Shown: positions 1-15,200, numbered from the stretch's first letter. The stretch: DNA of 64,000 nt from Balanoglossus misakiensis (GCA_040954595.2 CM082590.2:806001-870000); one strand, 5' to 3'. Program-made: numbers and translations. The notes: generated by a model not told the origin, from the letters alone.

Positions 1-1013
1 GCCTTCATCTGCATTGAAAATATGGCAGATGATAATCAGTTATTAGTTATTAGAGATGCAACGTTCCCTGTGAGAATCCACAAGTCGGCGATTTTCACCC
101 CGCATTTTTTCAACAGCGACAATGATAACGATTTCTTGGTTTTGAAGACATCTTATACCAACCAAAGTCATTACTAATCACATCTAAGCCAATCACCTTG
201 AAGCTGGTGTTCAGAGCAGTTGGTCTGATAGATGACCAAGGTGACTATGTCATTTACCTACCCTATAGAAGGACCCACAATTTCCCTTTGACACATAGAC
301 AGAAAAAGAGACTGCAAAATATTGCAATAAAACAAACTGCAACAATTCAAATTATCATGTCCTTTTATAAATAAAGTCAGAACTGCATGAACTAAAAATT
401 CACCCCGCACCAAAACCCAGGAAAACCCTTTTATTTATAAGGGAACAAACTGGGAAAGCGTAGGTGATTTATAAAGTTAACAAAGAATTGAATTGTCCAT
501 TAATGCCTCTTGTAAAGCTAACTTCAAATAAACATGCTAATCTGGCATAAATATATAGTAGAAAGAGTAAGATAATGTTGAACATTTTAAAAAATCAAGC
601 AAAATTTGATAATTACGGGTAAACTGATTAAAATTAATACTTCATCACTGAATTAATGAAGTGTTTCAGTAAATTAATAATGGGGATGGTGTTCTATAAA
701 TAAAGTAACCTCTACAAATAAAGGGCCACAATCACTTGAATAACTTTTTTTAACAATAACAATGCTGATTATGCATACGAGTCGTATACAGGATGTATAA
801 AAGATGCATGTATGAGAATAAATCTCATAACAACTTCAAATAAAATTCATATTAAAATAGGAAGAAGGATAATATCAAACTGTTGCTGCACACAAACGTT
901 GTGTGAAAAGTCACTGAATGGTCTGATAACAGAAAAAGTATATTAGAGACTTGAAAGTAAAGTAACTGAAAACTGAATGTCAACCACTGCATATGCTTGC
1001 AGTGAAAAGTGAC

Positions 1014-3320
1014 TAATGAACTGATCCCAGGAAACTATACTGGACTCGAAGGATCTATTGCAATTGTTTTCATCATGAAATCAGGTTAGTTATGCAATGC
1101 ATATGGAATTCTCAAATATATTGCAAATTGAAACCTTGTCATCTGTTATAGCCACTGGGAAAACTTCTTAAAGATCCCGAAATTGGGAGAAAATACGTTA
1201 ACACTGAGATAAATGATGAAATCTCCAAACACACACTGACATCAAAACTGTTCCACAAATAATAAACTCTTGACAATGTCAAGCAAAAACAAAGTGAAAC
1301 CTTATCTAATGTAGCCATTAGAAAAAGTTTCATTAAAGCCCTCGTAACATTGAGGGAAAAGGACATAAAGATGAATGTTCAAATGCAAAATAACTGAAAT
1401 CTGCAAGTGTATCAAAAATAGAAAACTTTGGAAAAATAAACACTAAAAAGTTAAGTTTTTTATTGTTCAAAAAGTACAAATAATGTGTTGCATGGGCTCG
1501 ATAATATTCAATTTATGAGCAAATTTACTGCTATTATACTCCACTCCCACCCCAAATAAAATAAACATTATGCCTATATGGCTTCTGCAAACACATTATT
1601 TATGTATTTGTAAAGAAAATGTTCATCTAAAATTTAAAACACTATAAAGATTCACATGATGCATATATGCATGCAAGTTGCAACAATGTGTAAAATCACA
1701 AATTTCATATTGAAATGTGAAAAATAAAATATATAGAGGTATATCAAACTGTTGAGCACTACACACACATGTGAAAAGCGATTAATGAACTGATCCCAGG
1801 AAACTATACTGGACTCGAAGGATCTATTGCAATTGTTTTCATCATGAAATCAGGTTAGTTATGCAATGCATATGGAATTCTCAAATATATTGCAAATTGA
1901 AACCTTGTCATCTGTTATAGCCGCTGGGAAAACTTCTTAAAGATCCCGAAATTGGGAGAAAATACGTTAACACTGAGATAAATGATGAAATCTCCAAACA
2001 CACACTGACATCAAAACTGTTCCACAAATAATAAACTCTTGACAATGTCAAGCAAAAACAAAGTGAAACCTTATCTAATGTAGCCATTAGAAAAAGTTTC
2101 ATTAAAGCCCTCGTAACATTGAGGGAAAAGGACATAAAGATGAATGTTCAAATGCAAAATAACTGAAATCTGCAAGTGTATCAAAAATAGAAAACTTTGG
2201 AAAAATAAACACTAAAAAGTTAAGTTTTTTATTGTTCAAAAAGTACAAATAATGTGTTGCATGGACTCGATAATATTCAATTTATGAGCAAATTTACTGC
2301 TATTATACTCCACTCCCACCCCAAATAAAATAAACATTATGCCTATATGGCTTCTGCAAACACATTATTTATGTATTTGTAAAGAAAATGTTCATCTAAA
2401 ATTTAAAACACTATAAAGATTCACATGATGTATATATGCATGCAAGTTGCAACAATGTGTAAAATCACAAATTTCATATTGAAATGTGAAAAATAAAATA
2501 TATAGAGGTATATCAAACTGTTGAGCACTACACACACATGTGAAAAGCGATTAATGAACTGATCCCAGGAAACTATACTGGACTCGAAGGATCTATTGCA
2601 ATTGTTTTCATCATGAAATCAGGTTAGTTATGCAATGCATATGGAATTCTCAAATATATTGCAAATTGAAACCTTGTCATCTGTTATAGCCACTGGGAAA
2701 ACTTCTTAAAGATCCCGAAATTGGGAGAAAATACGTTAACACTGAGATAAATGATGAAATCTCCAAACACACACTGACATCAAAACTGTTCCACAAATAA
2801 TAAACTCTTGACAATGTCAAGCAAAAACAAAGTGAAACCGTATCTAATGTAGCCATTAGAAAAAGTTTCATTAAAGCCCTCGTAACATTGAGGGAAAAGG
2901 ACATAAAGATGAATGTTCAAATGCAAAATAACTGAAATCTGCAAGTGTATCAAAAATAGAAAACTTTGGAAAAATAAACACTAAAAAGTTAAGTTTTTTA
3001 TTGTTCAAAAAGTACAAATAATGTGTTGCATGGGCTCGATAATATTCAATTTATGAGCAAATTTACTGCTATTATACTCCACTCCCACCCCAAGTAAAAT
3101 AAACATTATGCCTATATGGCTTCTGCAAACACATTATTTATGTATTTGTAAAGAAAATGTTCATCTAAAATTTAAAACACTATAAAGATTCACATGATGC
3201 ATATATGCATGCAAGTTGCAACAATGTGTAAAATCACAAATTTCATATTGAAATGTGAAAAATAAAATATATAGCGGTATATCAAACTGTTGAGCACTAC
3301 ACACACATGTGAAAAGCGAT
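1014..3320 (+). repeat. 769-bp tandem repeat, 3 near-identical copies plus a diverged partial copy (single copy in right arm, ~39970-40740)
   Basis: taatgaactgatcccagg at 1014, 1783, 2552 and ~3321. The same 75-aa ORF recurs at 1139, 1908 and 2677 but only once (40383) in the right arm. Confidence 0.95.
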
Positions 3321-3589
3321 TAATGAACTGATCCCAGGAAACTATACTGGACTTGAAGGATCTATTGCAATTTTTTTTCATCATCAAATCAAGTTAGTCA
3401 TGTCGCACATATGGTAGTATCAACACATATTGCAATTTAACCCTTCTCATCTGTTATAGCCATTGGAAAAACTTCATTAAAGACATACCCTAAATAAGGA
3501 AAAAAGGACACAGAGATGAATGTTAAAATGATCATACACACATATACACATTCTTTATTTATAATATGGGAAAATACATTGTAGAAAGC

Positions 3590-4850
3590 AGCAGGCACGC
3601 GCGCAAAGACATCATTTGCTTGAAGAGGGACTTCTTCTGCAAGTGTGGTGAACCAGCTTCATCAGATAACAAAAAAATCCAGACACGCGAAGAACCATGA
3701 AAATCAGAAAGGACATTGCAGAAAGGACAGACGCGCGTGCAAAGACATAATTTGCTTGAAGAGGGACTTCTTCTGCAAGTGTGGTGAACCAGCTTCATCA
3801 GATAACAAAAAATCCAGAAACGCGAAGAACCATGAAAATCAGAAAGGACATTGCAGAAAGCGACAGGTGCGCATGCAAAGACATCATTTGCTTGAAGAGG
3901 GACTGCAATCTTCGGACTTCTTCTGCAAGTGTGGTGAACCAGCTTCATCAGATAACAAAAAATCCAGACACGCGAAGAACCATGAAAATCAGACAGGACA
4001 TTGCAGAAAGCGACAGGTGCGCGTGCAAAGACATCATTTGCTTGAAGAGGGACTGCAATCTTCGGACTTCTTCTGCAAGTGTGGTGAACCAGCTTCACCA
4101 GATAACAAAAAATCCAGACACGCGAAGAACCATGAAAATCAGACAGGACATTGCAGAAAGCGACAGGTGCGCGTGCAAAGACATCATTTGCTTGAAGAGG
4201 GACTGCAATCTTCGGACTTCTTCTGCAAGTGTGGTGAACCAGCTTCACCAGATAACAAAAAATCCAGACACGCGAAGAACCATGAAAATCAGACAGGACA
4301 TTGCAGAAAGCGACAGGTGCGCGTGCAAAGACATCATTTGCTTGAAGAGGGACTGCAATCTTCGGACTTCTTCTGCAAGTGTGGTGAACCAGCTTCATCA
4401 GATAACCACAAAAAATCCAGACACGCGAAGAACCATGAAAATCAGACAGGACATTGCAGAAAGCGACAGGTGCGCGTGCAAAGACATCATTTGCTTGAAG
4501 AGGGACTGCAATCTTCGGACTTCTTCTGCAAGTGTGGTGAACCAGCTTCACCAGATAACAAAAAATCCAGACACGCGAAGAACCATGAAAATCAGACAGG
4601 ACATTGCAGAAAGCGACAGGTGCGCGTGCAAAGACATCATTTGCTTGAAGAGGGACTGCAATCTTCGGACTTCTTCTGCAAGTGTGGTGAACCAGCTTCA
4701 TCAGATAACCACAAAAAATCCAGACACGCGAAGAATCATGAAAATCAGACAGGACATTGCAGAAAGCGACAGATGCGCGTGCAAAGACATAATTTGCTTG
4801 AAGATGGACTTCTTCTGTATGTGTAGTGAACCAGCTTGATCAGATAACCA
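3590..4850 (+). repeat. 132/147/150-bp minisatellite (~8-9 units); right-arm copy ~38940-39720 (~5-6 units)
   Basis: Repeated unit ...cttcttctgcaagtgtggtgaaccagcttcatcagataac...; the translations in the ORF track are repetitive. Confidence 0.95.
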
Positions 4851-5009
4851 AATATAACCAAGACATTCCTAGAATAACGAAAATTCAAATATGAATTAAA
4901 AAAAATAAGCATGGCAATCACAGATGCCAAAAACACCACAAGAGTACTTCCAGACACCAGAAAATTATGAAAATTCAAAAAAGATTTAAACAATACAACC
5001 CTTGGTATG

Positions 5010-5470
5010 GCACGGAAGAGGACAAGCCAGGGTACAGGCCAGGGACAGGACCTGGCAGGGACAGGACAAGACAGGGAAAAAGGATAAAGGCAAGGGGACA
5101 CGGTTGGGGAAATGCCAAACACCCAAAATTTATGAGAATTCAAAAATCAATTGAAAAATACAACTCTGGGTAGGTTAGGGAAGAGGACAAGCCAGGGTAC
5201 AGGCCAAGAACAGGGCCTGGAGGGGGACATAACAGAACAGGAGACAGGGTAAAGGCCAGGGGACAGGACAGGTCATCACAGATGCCAAAATACAACCACA
5301 GAGAAAAATTCAAAAATGAATTGAAACATACAACCCTGGGTAGGGTAGCTAGGAAGAGGACAAGCCAGGTTACAGGCTATGGACAGGACCAAATGGGGAT
5401 AGGGGACAGGACAGGGGAAAGGGTACCAGACAGGATGGGGACAGGGTATATTACAGGTCAGGGTACAGGG
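5010..5470 (+). repeat. Purine-rich degenerate GGACA(G) repeats in ~160-bp loosely repeated units (mirror ~38315-38780)
   Basis: Recurrent gaagaggacaagccagg...acagg and aatacaac(c/t)ctgggtagg blocks. Confidence 0.7.
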
Positions 5471-5489
5471 TAAAAGATGAGAACAGGAG

Positions 5490-5915
5490 AAGCGTTTTGT
5501 GAATGCTTGCTCAGGGCGCTTTTGTACTTCGTCGAACGATAAGCTTGTCAATTGGGGGCGTGAAAGGCAAAATGGCGGCATATATAAAGCGAGTCTGTAT
5601 GCTACTTGTGCAACAATTTATAGACGATAGCGTTGGCATTGACAATGTGGATACAAACCAACAAGCCGCTGCTAACTTAAACCGAACATCCTCCCTTGAT
5701 TTAGTATCAGCAGCGGCCGTCAGCAAGAACGTCCGGTGCGCATTCAAGGACATGATTCCGGAAGTGCATACCACTTTTAAACTGTTTTACACAAGACAGT
5801 AGTGGCACAATCCATGTGAATTGGTGTATTGATTGAGAAAAAATACAAGCTTTCGCTTGGTAAAACTATCACTACCTAAATCAACAAATATTCTGCAACT
5901 TCTTCGAAAATATGC
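5490..5915. mobile_element. Unclassified CpG-rich dispersed repeat; copies at 37871-38295 (palindrome mirror) and 45663-45969 (independent, internally shorter)
   Basis: gcatattttcgaagaagtt...gcacttccggaatcatgtcc...caagcttatcgttcgacga...cacaaaacgctt is shared between 37871-38295 and 45663-45969, with different flanks. Confidence 0.75.
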
Positions 5916-6127
5916 TTTGAAAGTTTGAAAATTCAAAAATGAATTCAAAAAGACAACCTGGCAATCACAACAGATGCCACAATACAACCAGAGAGTAGGC
6001 CTAGAAACCAAAAAAAGGTTTGAGCATGTGACATGTCTTGTCATTGCTCACCAAGTAAATTATATCATTCATACAAAAAATACATACATACATGCATACC
6101 CACACATCACACTTCATAAAATTCTGG

Positions 6128-6180
6128 TACATACATACATACATACATACATACATACATACATACATACATACATACAT
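6128..6180 (+). repeat. (TACA)n microsatellite, ~13 units
   Basis: Direct reading. Confidence 0.95.
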
Positions 6181-8149
6181 AATCATGTTACAAACATAAC
6201 CACGTTACATACGTATATACATACATATGTACCCTAGGGTATACAGTATAATACATACATAACAATAGTACACACAGACCTGGGTAGGCAAGTACATACA
6301 TAAGGCAGACATACCGATACATACATGAGCTTGTACATAGAGAAAGAGACACACACACAAGTAAAGGAGTGAATGAATTGATGAATGAAAAAAATGAATT
6401 GATAAATGGAGTGATGAATAAACAAACAAGCAGACAATAAACAAATAAATGAAAGAATGAATGAATGAAGGAATGAATCAGTAATCACATATGACAATAT
6501 CTCCAACTGTGTATGATATAGTTCATACTTCAATATCAATCACGAACACCTATAAACCATCATAAACCTATACTACTTCTACATTGTACTTTCAAAATGT
6601 ACAATACTAGTAAATTATGCCTAAATCAATTACAATAATGTAACAATAGAAATCTAGTCTATGTATAAAGAGAGGGAGAGCCAAGTCAAACAATATGCAA
6701 TGGTGGTTTAGGCAAGTCAAGCATATGCAAATACAGTTTATCAAAGTCAAACATTAACAATATGCAATGGTGGTTTGCTCTTTATTGGGCATGTTTGCTT
6801 TCCTCACGTAACTGGTTGAAGATCTGTACCAATACAGGAATAATGCAGTATTCTCTTTTTGTATACCATTTAGCTTAGTTATATTAACTGCTATATTAGT
6901 GGGTTTATTTACGCGCTGAAAAGCTAAATGGTAATGACCTGAAGGCTGCTGTATCCAATGCATTTCGTGTTAGTTTACGTGCAGCTTAGTTATGCGCAAT
7001 GGTTATTTTGTCTATAGGATCCAACAGCCTTCAGGCTAGGCTAAACAAATCACAGTGATAATTTAGGACTATTGTTGTTAAATACTTTCTTTTTTGCTGG
7101 CAAAATTGATGGGTGTTGACATGCCGTAACTTAGGACTATGATCAAAGTGATAATTTAGGACTATTCTTGTTAGTAAATTCCCTTTTTTGCTATCATATT
7201 TGAAGAAGTGTTGCCATGCCAAAATATACACATTGCAATTTAATTTGAACCTGTTCTCCCTCTCCTCTCTGTCTGACACAATTACATACAGAAATATCAC
7301 AATATTACATTTTGAATACAGATCATATAACTTAGGGATTTATCAACATGGGAGACATGGGAGAAGTTCTGTTCTTGAAATGACGATAAAATAAAACAAT
7401 GTTGGTTTAAGTCCACGAATATAAAATCATCTTGTCTGAGGAATTTCCCCCTGCATCAGATGCACTGGTCTTTGAATTCACGCATGTATCCTCTTCTTCC
7501 CTATAAACAGAAAGAGGACATTACTCTTACCTTGTATTGATTTGTCACAGCAACAAAGAGTCGTTAACTTTCACACAGCAGAAACAAAAATGTGCCCATG
7601 TCTGCTCCATCCCAATAAAGAAATTGATGGTTTCTGTGAGTTGCTCCTCTTTAGCTCTCAGTGTTCCAGCTGAATTGATCTCATCCATATACACAGAAGT
7701 ACCTTAAACTTACCTTATTGTCAAAACTCTCACATTAATTAAGGTAAAAACACCACTCAAGGACTTGGGCAAAAAGTGACTCAGAGGAAAGACAGCTAAT
7801 TTGGGGCTAATTTTAGAATATTTTCTTATGATAGGTTCTGTACTTTACAGTTTCTTTGCCTATTTCGAATAGTGAATTATCAAATTATCAATAGACCAGA
7901 TTGTATCATCCATACTGAAATATGCTGGAGAAAACTGATGATAGAGGTTTAATCATAAAAATAATGGGATATAACTATCTATTTTAACACACTCTCAACA
8001 GGGACTTTTTTATCTCATTTAAATATCAACTTTGAAAAAAAGCATTTATTTTGTGGGCAACAAGAAGGGAGTCCATATGAAATAATATTTATCAAAGCGT
8101 TGTGTGTTTGTAAGTAATTGATAATTAAGAATTGGAAAACTAGCAAAAA

Positions 8150-9770
8150 ATAATTTTCCACAATGTAAAGCATTTTGTACCTTTGGAAGGTGAATCTTAC
8201 TTTCTGAAATGGCATCCAGGCATCTTTGGAGGGCTTGCATTCTCATCCATGGCATCATTGAAGCACAGGCATCTCAGCAGGATCTCAGCAGTAGGACATC
8301 ATCTTCAGTTCATTGACCTGTGCAATCAATGTAAACTGATACATTTCTATTTTAAATATTGTGTTACGAGATATGAAAATAAGTTTACTTCTGCATTTAT
8401 TTATTTATTAGAAATAACAATAATTGGTAAAACCTCGAATCAAATGATTCACTCATGGATAGGATTAATACCTGTAAGCTTTCCATTTCATTCGCTATAT
8501 TGGATCTCCATGTCTTTATTTGCTTACATTTCATACAGAAACATAGCCATGTTCCACAATAGTTTTCCACAATATAATGCATTTTGTACCTTTAGAAGGT
8601 GAATCTTACTTTCTGAAATGGCATCCAGGCACCTGTTATGAGCTTGCATTCTCATCCATGGCATCATTGAGGCACAGGCATCTTTGCAAGATCTCAGCTG
8701 GTGGACATCATCTCAAGTTCCTTGTCCAGTGAAATAAATAAAAATTAATTTTAATTTCCATTTTAAATATTGTGTTACCAGACATATAAATAACTTTACT
8801 TCTGCGTTTATTCATTATACATGGTAATCATAATTGGTACAAAAAAGAATTGAATGCTCCACTCATAGATTGCATCCAATCCCTGTATGCTTTAAATTTC
8901 ATTGGCTGTATTGGATCTCAATGTCTTTATTTCCACACATTATGTACAGAAATTTAGCCCCCTTTTGAAATAGTTTTCCACAATGAAATGCATACCTTTA
9001 GTAGGTGCATCTTACTTTCTGAAATGGCATCCACACATCTGTAGTGGACTTGCATTCTCATCCATGGCATCATTGAGGTACAGGCATCTCAGCAGGATCT
9101 TAGCTGGTGGACATCATCTTCAGTTCTCTGACCTGTGCAATCAATGAAAAATAATATCAGTACATTTCTATAAAAATTACTGTTTTATGAGATGTATAAA
9201 TAAGTTTACTTCTACATTATATTCCTTAGACATAGCAATGATTGGCACAACCAAGAATCGAATGCTTCATTCATAGATTGCAGAAAACTCTGTAATGCTT
9301 TCTATTTCATTGGCTGCATTGGATCTCAATGTCTTTATTTGAATACATTTTGCACAGAAACATAGCCATGTTTTGAAATAGTGTTCCACAATATAATGCA
9401 TTTTGTACCTTTAGAAGATGAATCTTACTTTCTGAAATGCCATCCAGACGTCTGTGGAGGGCTTGCATTCTCATCCATGGCATCATTGAAGCACAGGCAT
9501 CTCAGCAGGATCTCAGCTGGCAGACATCATCTTCAGTTCCTTCCCCTGTGCAATCAATAAAAAATAATACACTTCTATTTTAAACATTGTTTTACCAGAC
9601 ATGTATATAACTTTACTTCTGCATTTATTCATTAGACATAGCAATCATTGGTACAACCAAGAATCGAATGTTTCACTTATTGATTTCATCCAATGCCTGT
9701 AAGCTTTCTATTTCATTTGCTATATTGGATCTCAATGTTTGAATTTAGAAAACATTTCACAGAGAAACAT
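8150..9770 (-). repeat. ~408-bp tandem repeat, 4 units, each with a 117-nt exon-like cassette (8201-8317, 8610-8726, 9016-9132, 9429-9545)
   Basis: On the minus strand each cassette is flanked by tgattgcacAG and GTaaga. The acceptor of the 8610-8726 copy is mutated to cactg. Confidence 0.85.
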
Positions 9771-10903
9771 AGTTTGTGACAGAAGGTTTATGTGTAAATT
9801 CTATGTCCATATTTGAGTAAAGCAGAATATTTCGTTCTGACCACAATTACCTGGTATGATTATTGCAGTATCTATAATCTCTGGGTGGGCGTTTTCTGTC
9901 AGCTTCTGGACTGTTAGTACATATTCCATCTTCAGTTTCTTGATATCTGCAACTAATGACAAAATAATAATAGTGCCCATAAAATGGAATTGGTTACTTT
10001 AAATATTTTCTACTTACAATAAATAATTACTCAACATTCCCACCATTGTTGTGTTTTCTGCATTGCTCCAATAAAGTTTCTTATGCCGTAAAACTATTAA
10101 AACTATTATGACCAAAATAAAACCCTCATCAACATCCAAAGTTCATACTAGTCACACAATATGAAGAAAAAAGAACTTATCCCCTAGTACCACCATATTA
10201 AATAATAATTACCTCCTCTATTCTGGGGATTATCATAAACTAAGCTTTGTAGTTACTACCCTAACTTTTAAATGTCATCAAATTCTGCAAACACAGAAAA
10301 CTAAAATTATACATCTTACAAAAAAATGGGCAGGACTTATTCTATATAACCAATTATTGGACTAATTTACCTACCAATGTTACACATACTTAATACAAGA
10401 TTCACAGGTTTGCAGTTACAAGAATGACAAATTTCAATTAGATGCCATATTTTTTTCAACAAATCTTGACATCATCTTGCTTTTGTCTGCTACATCTTTA
10501 ATTCATGGGAAAATTAAGTCTGCAAATTTAATAACTTGATCTCTGAATTGAACTCTGAAAGACAAGTTTGTCTTCCAAACTCATCATGACACTGCACCTA
10601 ATATTACACATATTAAATAATAAATGAAATAGGATCAAATAAATGACATTACATAAAGATCCTAATTAAAGAATCAAATAAAGTCTGGTTGGCAGAGGTC
10701 CTGTTTACGCAAAAAGTATGCGTATTTGACGCCAAAAATCCTCACTTGACGCGGAAATCTTAATCAGTGTTAATATTGACGCACGGGAAACGGGTGATGT
10801 AGACGCATACTGCTGACTATCCCCCGTGATCAAAGTAATCACTTGTGCGCGAAAACTTGTACTCAAAATGTAGCTAATTTTGTTTAATGAATATTAAACC
10901 CCC

Positions 10904-11036
10904 ATCATTATAATCATCACTACCATCATATTCATTATCATCACCATAATTACAACCAAAGTCATTATTATAATGATCACCACCACCGCCACCACCATCA
11001 TTTTTGTCACCATCATCACCAGTATTTTAAAAAGTT

Positions 11037-11083
<47 letters not shown>

Positions 11084-11153
11084 TACCATCAAAATGTTTA
11101 TATAACCAATTAGTCATCATAATCATCTTTATTATGACCACCATCATCATTAT

Positions 11154-11190
<37 letters not shown>

Positions 11191-11601
11191 CCGTTATTAT
11201 AACCAAAGTCATCATTATCACCACCATCATTATTATCATATTTACTATCATCATTATTGTCACCACCATCATCACTGTAATTATAACCAGTCATCATTTT
11301 CACCACCATCATTATCACCATCATCATATTATCATTATCATCACAGTTATTATAAGCAGTTATCATTATCATCATCATCATCATCATCACCGCCACCATC
11401 ATCACTACTACGATCATTATTACTGTTATTTTAAATAGTATTCATTATCATCATCATCATCACCACCATCATCACTACCATCAATATTATAATCATCATC
11501 ACTGTTTTCATTACCAAAGTCATAGGTATCATTATTATTACCACATAATAATTATCATTACCATTACCATCATCATTATTGTCATTATCACCACTATAAT
11601 T

Positions 11602-11644
<43 letters not shown>

Positions 11645-11840
11645 CTATATTTAACATCATTATGATCGCTGTCATTAAAGCCAAAGTCATTATAATCATT
11701 ATCACCGCCATCATTATCATAATTACCATCATTATTATAGTCATAACCATCACCACTATGATTGTTATCATCATTATGATTACTGTAATTAAAACGAAAG
11801 TCATCATTATCACCACCACCACCAACATCATTATTATCAC

Positions 11841-11890
<50 letters not shown>

Positions 11891-12046
11891 CCATCATCAT
11901 TATCACCGTTATCATAACCAAAGTCATCATTATCACCACCACCATCATTACCATCATCAGCATATTATCATTATCATCAAAGTTATTATAAGCAGTCATC
12001 ATTATCACCACCATCATTATTATCATAATTACTATCATCATTATTG

Positions 12047-12109
<63 letters not shown>

Positions 12110-13470
12110 CTATATTTATCATCATGATGATCACTGTAATTAAAGCCAAAGTCATTATAATCATTATCACCACCATCATTATCATAATTACCATCATCAT
12201 TATTGTCATCACCATCACCACTATGATTGTTATCATCATGATGATCACTGTAATTAAAACCAAAGTCATCATTATCACTACCACCACCATCATTATCACT
12301 ATCATCATATTATCATTATCATCACAGGTTTTATAAGCAGTTATCATTATTATCATCATCATTACATCCATCATCACTACCATCATCATTAACACTGTAA
12401 TTATAAATAGTATTCATAATCATCACCATCACCACTATTATCACTACCATCAATATTATAATCATCATCACTGTTTTTATTACCAAATTCATAAGTATCA
12501 TTATCACAACATCATCATAATTATCCCCATTACCCTCATCATTATTGTCATTATCACCACTATAATTATAATCATCATCATCACCATTATTAAAACTTAA
12601 GTCATCATTAACCCCACTATCATCATTTTCATCATTACCATCATTACTGTCATCATTATCACCACTATAATTATTATCATCATTATCATCATATCATCAT
12701 CACCACCACCACCATCATTATTATCATCATCACCATTATTATAAGAAATGTCATCATCATCATCATTATCATAATCATCACCACCATTAATATCATCATC
12801 ATCATCATCATTATCATCAGTATTATCACCTTCATCACCACCACCATCATCATCCTTATTATAACATCATCATTATCACCATTATAATAACTAGTTATCA
12901 TCACCATCACCATCATCACTATTAGGTATGATCATCACTGTTGTTATAACCAAAATCATTACCATCATAATCACTTTTTTATAAGCAAAGTCATCATTAT
13001 CACCACCATCATCATCATTATTACCATTATCATTATTGTCATTATCCCTATGATAATTAAAATCATCATCATCAGCTTTATTAAAACCAATGTCACCATT
13101 ATTATCATTATCACTAACACCATCATCAATACCATCATTATTACTATTATTATCATCACCATAATTAAAACAAGTTATCATCATCATCATCATCATCATC
13201 ATCATTATCACCACCACCATCAACACCATCATTATTACTAACATTATTATCACCATTAATGATTATTATAATCAGTTATTATTATCACCATCATTATCAT
13301 CATTGTAATTAAAACCAAAGTCATCATTATCATCATTAACACCATCATCACCATTATTACCACCAACACTATCATTACTATCATCATTATCCACTATCAT
13401 CATCATTATAATCATCATTCGTGTAATTATCATCACCATCGCCATCATCATAATTATTATAATTGTCATT
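10904..13470 (+). repeat. ~2.6-kb degenerate (CAT/CAC/TAT)n trinucleotide low-complexity tract with internal block duplications
   Basis: Perfect (CAT)n runs in a degenerate matrix; source of the poly-M/D/I/H ORFs. Confidence 0.95.
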
Positions 13471-14446
13471 CCCCAGCAGTGACCGGTGTACTGGGTTGCA
13501 AAGATTAGACTACATATTTACTGTGGTGCACACACAGTAATTACCTACATGATTACAAAAGTTAAATTACATATGGAGTTCATTTACTCTCGTTTACATG
13601 TGGACAACAACTTAGGCATTGTCATTTACAAGTGGCTTAGATGTCATGCAAACAACAAAATTGGTATTTTATACAAAAGTTTTCTGGCATATTTTCGAGG
13701 ATGTGTGTCAGTGTACCACTCAGCAGCACAAAAGTATAAACATAAACGGACCAGATATGTTTTAAGCAAAACTATACTCTTTATAAGAGGTTATCCCAGT
13801 CGGTTTATTTATTTTAATTTAAGACAAGTTACACAATGCAATTGATCAAATATTAATTAGACAACGGGAGGACAATGCTTTACACCATGATAAAGCACAA
13901 TTTATGACACATAAATTCATTGTGTTTGTTTATTTATAATTGCACTCACTTTGTTAATCCTAATTTATTCCTTGCATTAATAACTATTTGTAAAATTTCT
14001 TATTTTTCATGTGTGTACTATTAGATGCAGTGCACTAGAATCATTAGAAAGACCTACACATCTCAGGGTTTTAAACTTGTAATTTTGGTTATTTCTAACT
14101 TTTTTCTCTATACAATTGTGTCTGACCAATAACTGGCTATACAGCATTCAATTTGGATTAAATATAATTTCTAAAAATATTATGTTTGCAGAATTTTCAG
14201 ACATTCAGCAGCTACCATCATGAATAACCCAGCCCCCCCCCCCCCCACTGTTTTTATTCCTTTTATAATGCTCCAAGTCAGATTACCATTATTACTTACT
14301 AACACTTAATCAGGGGACCACTGTTATGAGGTTTCCTTATGCATAAGAAAATCTTAACCTAAACTATTTTTTGCTTAATTACTATACAAATATAAAATGG
14401 TAGAGCAATAATAGAAAAATACTTCCCCTGTTTCATGCCCACTCGT

Positions 14447-15200
14447 CCATGTCCACAGGTTGGATGGTCACTTGTCTATTCCATGTCCAAAGGTTGGATG
14501 ATCACTTGTCTATTCCAGTTCCACAGTTTTGATGGTCATTTGTCTATTCCAGATCCACAGATTTTATGGTCACTTGTCTATTCCAGGTCCACAGTTTTGA
14601 TGGTCACTTGTCTATTCCAGGTCCAAAGGTTTGATGGTCAATTGTCTATTACAGTTCCACAGATTTGATGGTCAATTGTCTATTCCAGATCCACAGTTTT
14701 TATGGTAACTTGTCTATTTCAGGTCCACAGTTTTGATGGTCAATTTTCTATTCTAGGTCCACAGTTATGATGGTCACTTGTCTATTCCGGTTCCACATTT
14801 TTGATGGTCAATTGTCTATTCCAGATCCACAGATTTTATGGTCACTTGTCTATTCCAGATCCACAGTTTTGATGGTCAATTGTCTATTCTAGGTCCACAG
14901 TTTTGATGGTCACTTGTCTATTCCAGATCCACAGTTTTTATGGTCACTTGTCTATTCCAGATCCAAAGTTTTGATGGTCAATTGTCTATTCCAGATCCAC
15001 AGTTTTATGGTCACTTGTCTATTCCAGATTCACAGTTTTGATGGTCAATTGTTTATTCCAGATCCACAGTTTTTATGGTAACTTGTCTATTCCAGATCCA
15101 CAGTTTTGATGGTCAATTGTTTATTCCAGATCCACAGTTTTTATGGTAACTTGTCTTTTCCAGGTCCACAGTTTTGATGGTCACTAATATATTCCAGGTT
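14447..15200 (+). repeat. 34-bp minisatellite (~22 units)
   Basis: Unit ggtcacttgtctattccagatccacagttttgat. Confidence 0.95.

Noticed and set aside
8183-8602. 139-149-aa ORF across the 408-bp repeat (also 35081-35530 minus)
   Set aside because: It is antisense to the splice signals, runs through AT-rich intron-like DNA, and is not open in sister units.
10904-13470. Poly-Met/Asp/Ile/His ORFs, including a possible Asp-rich biomineralisation-type protein
   Set aside because: The Asp/Asn frame is repeatedly broken by stops and frameshifts and differs between arms; best explained as a degenerate trinucleotide microsatellite.
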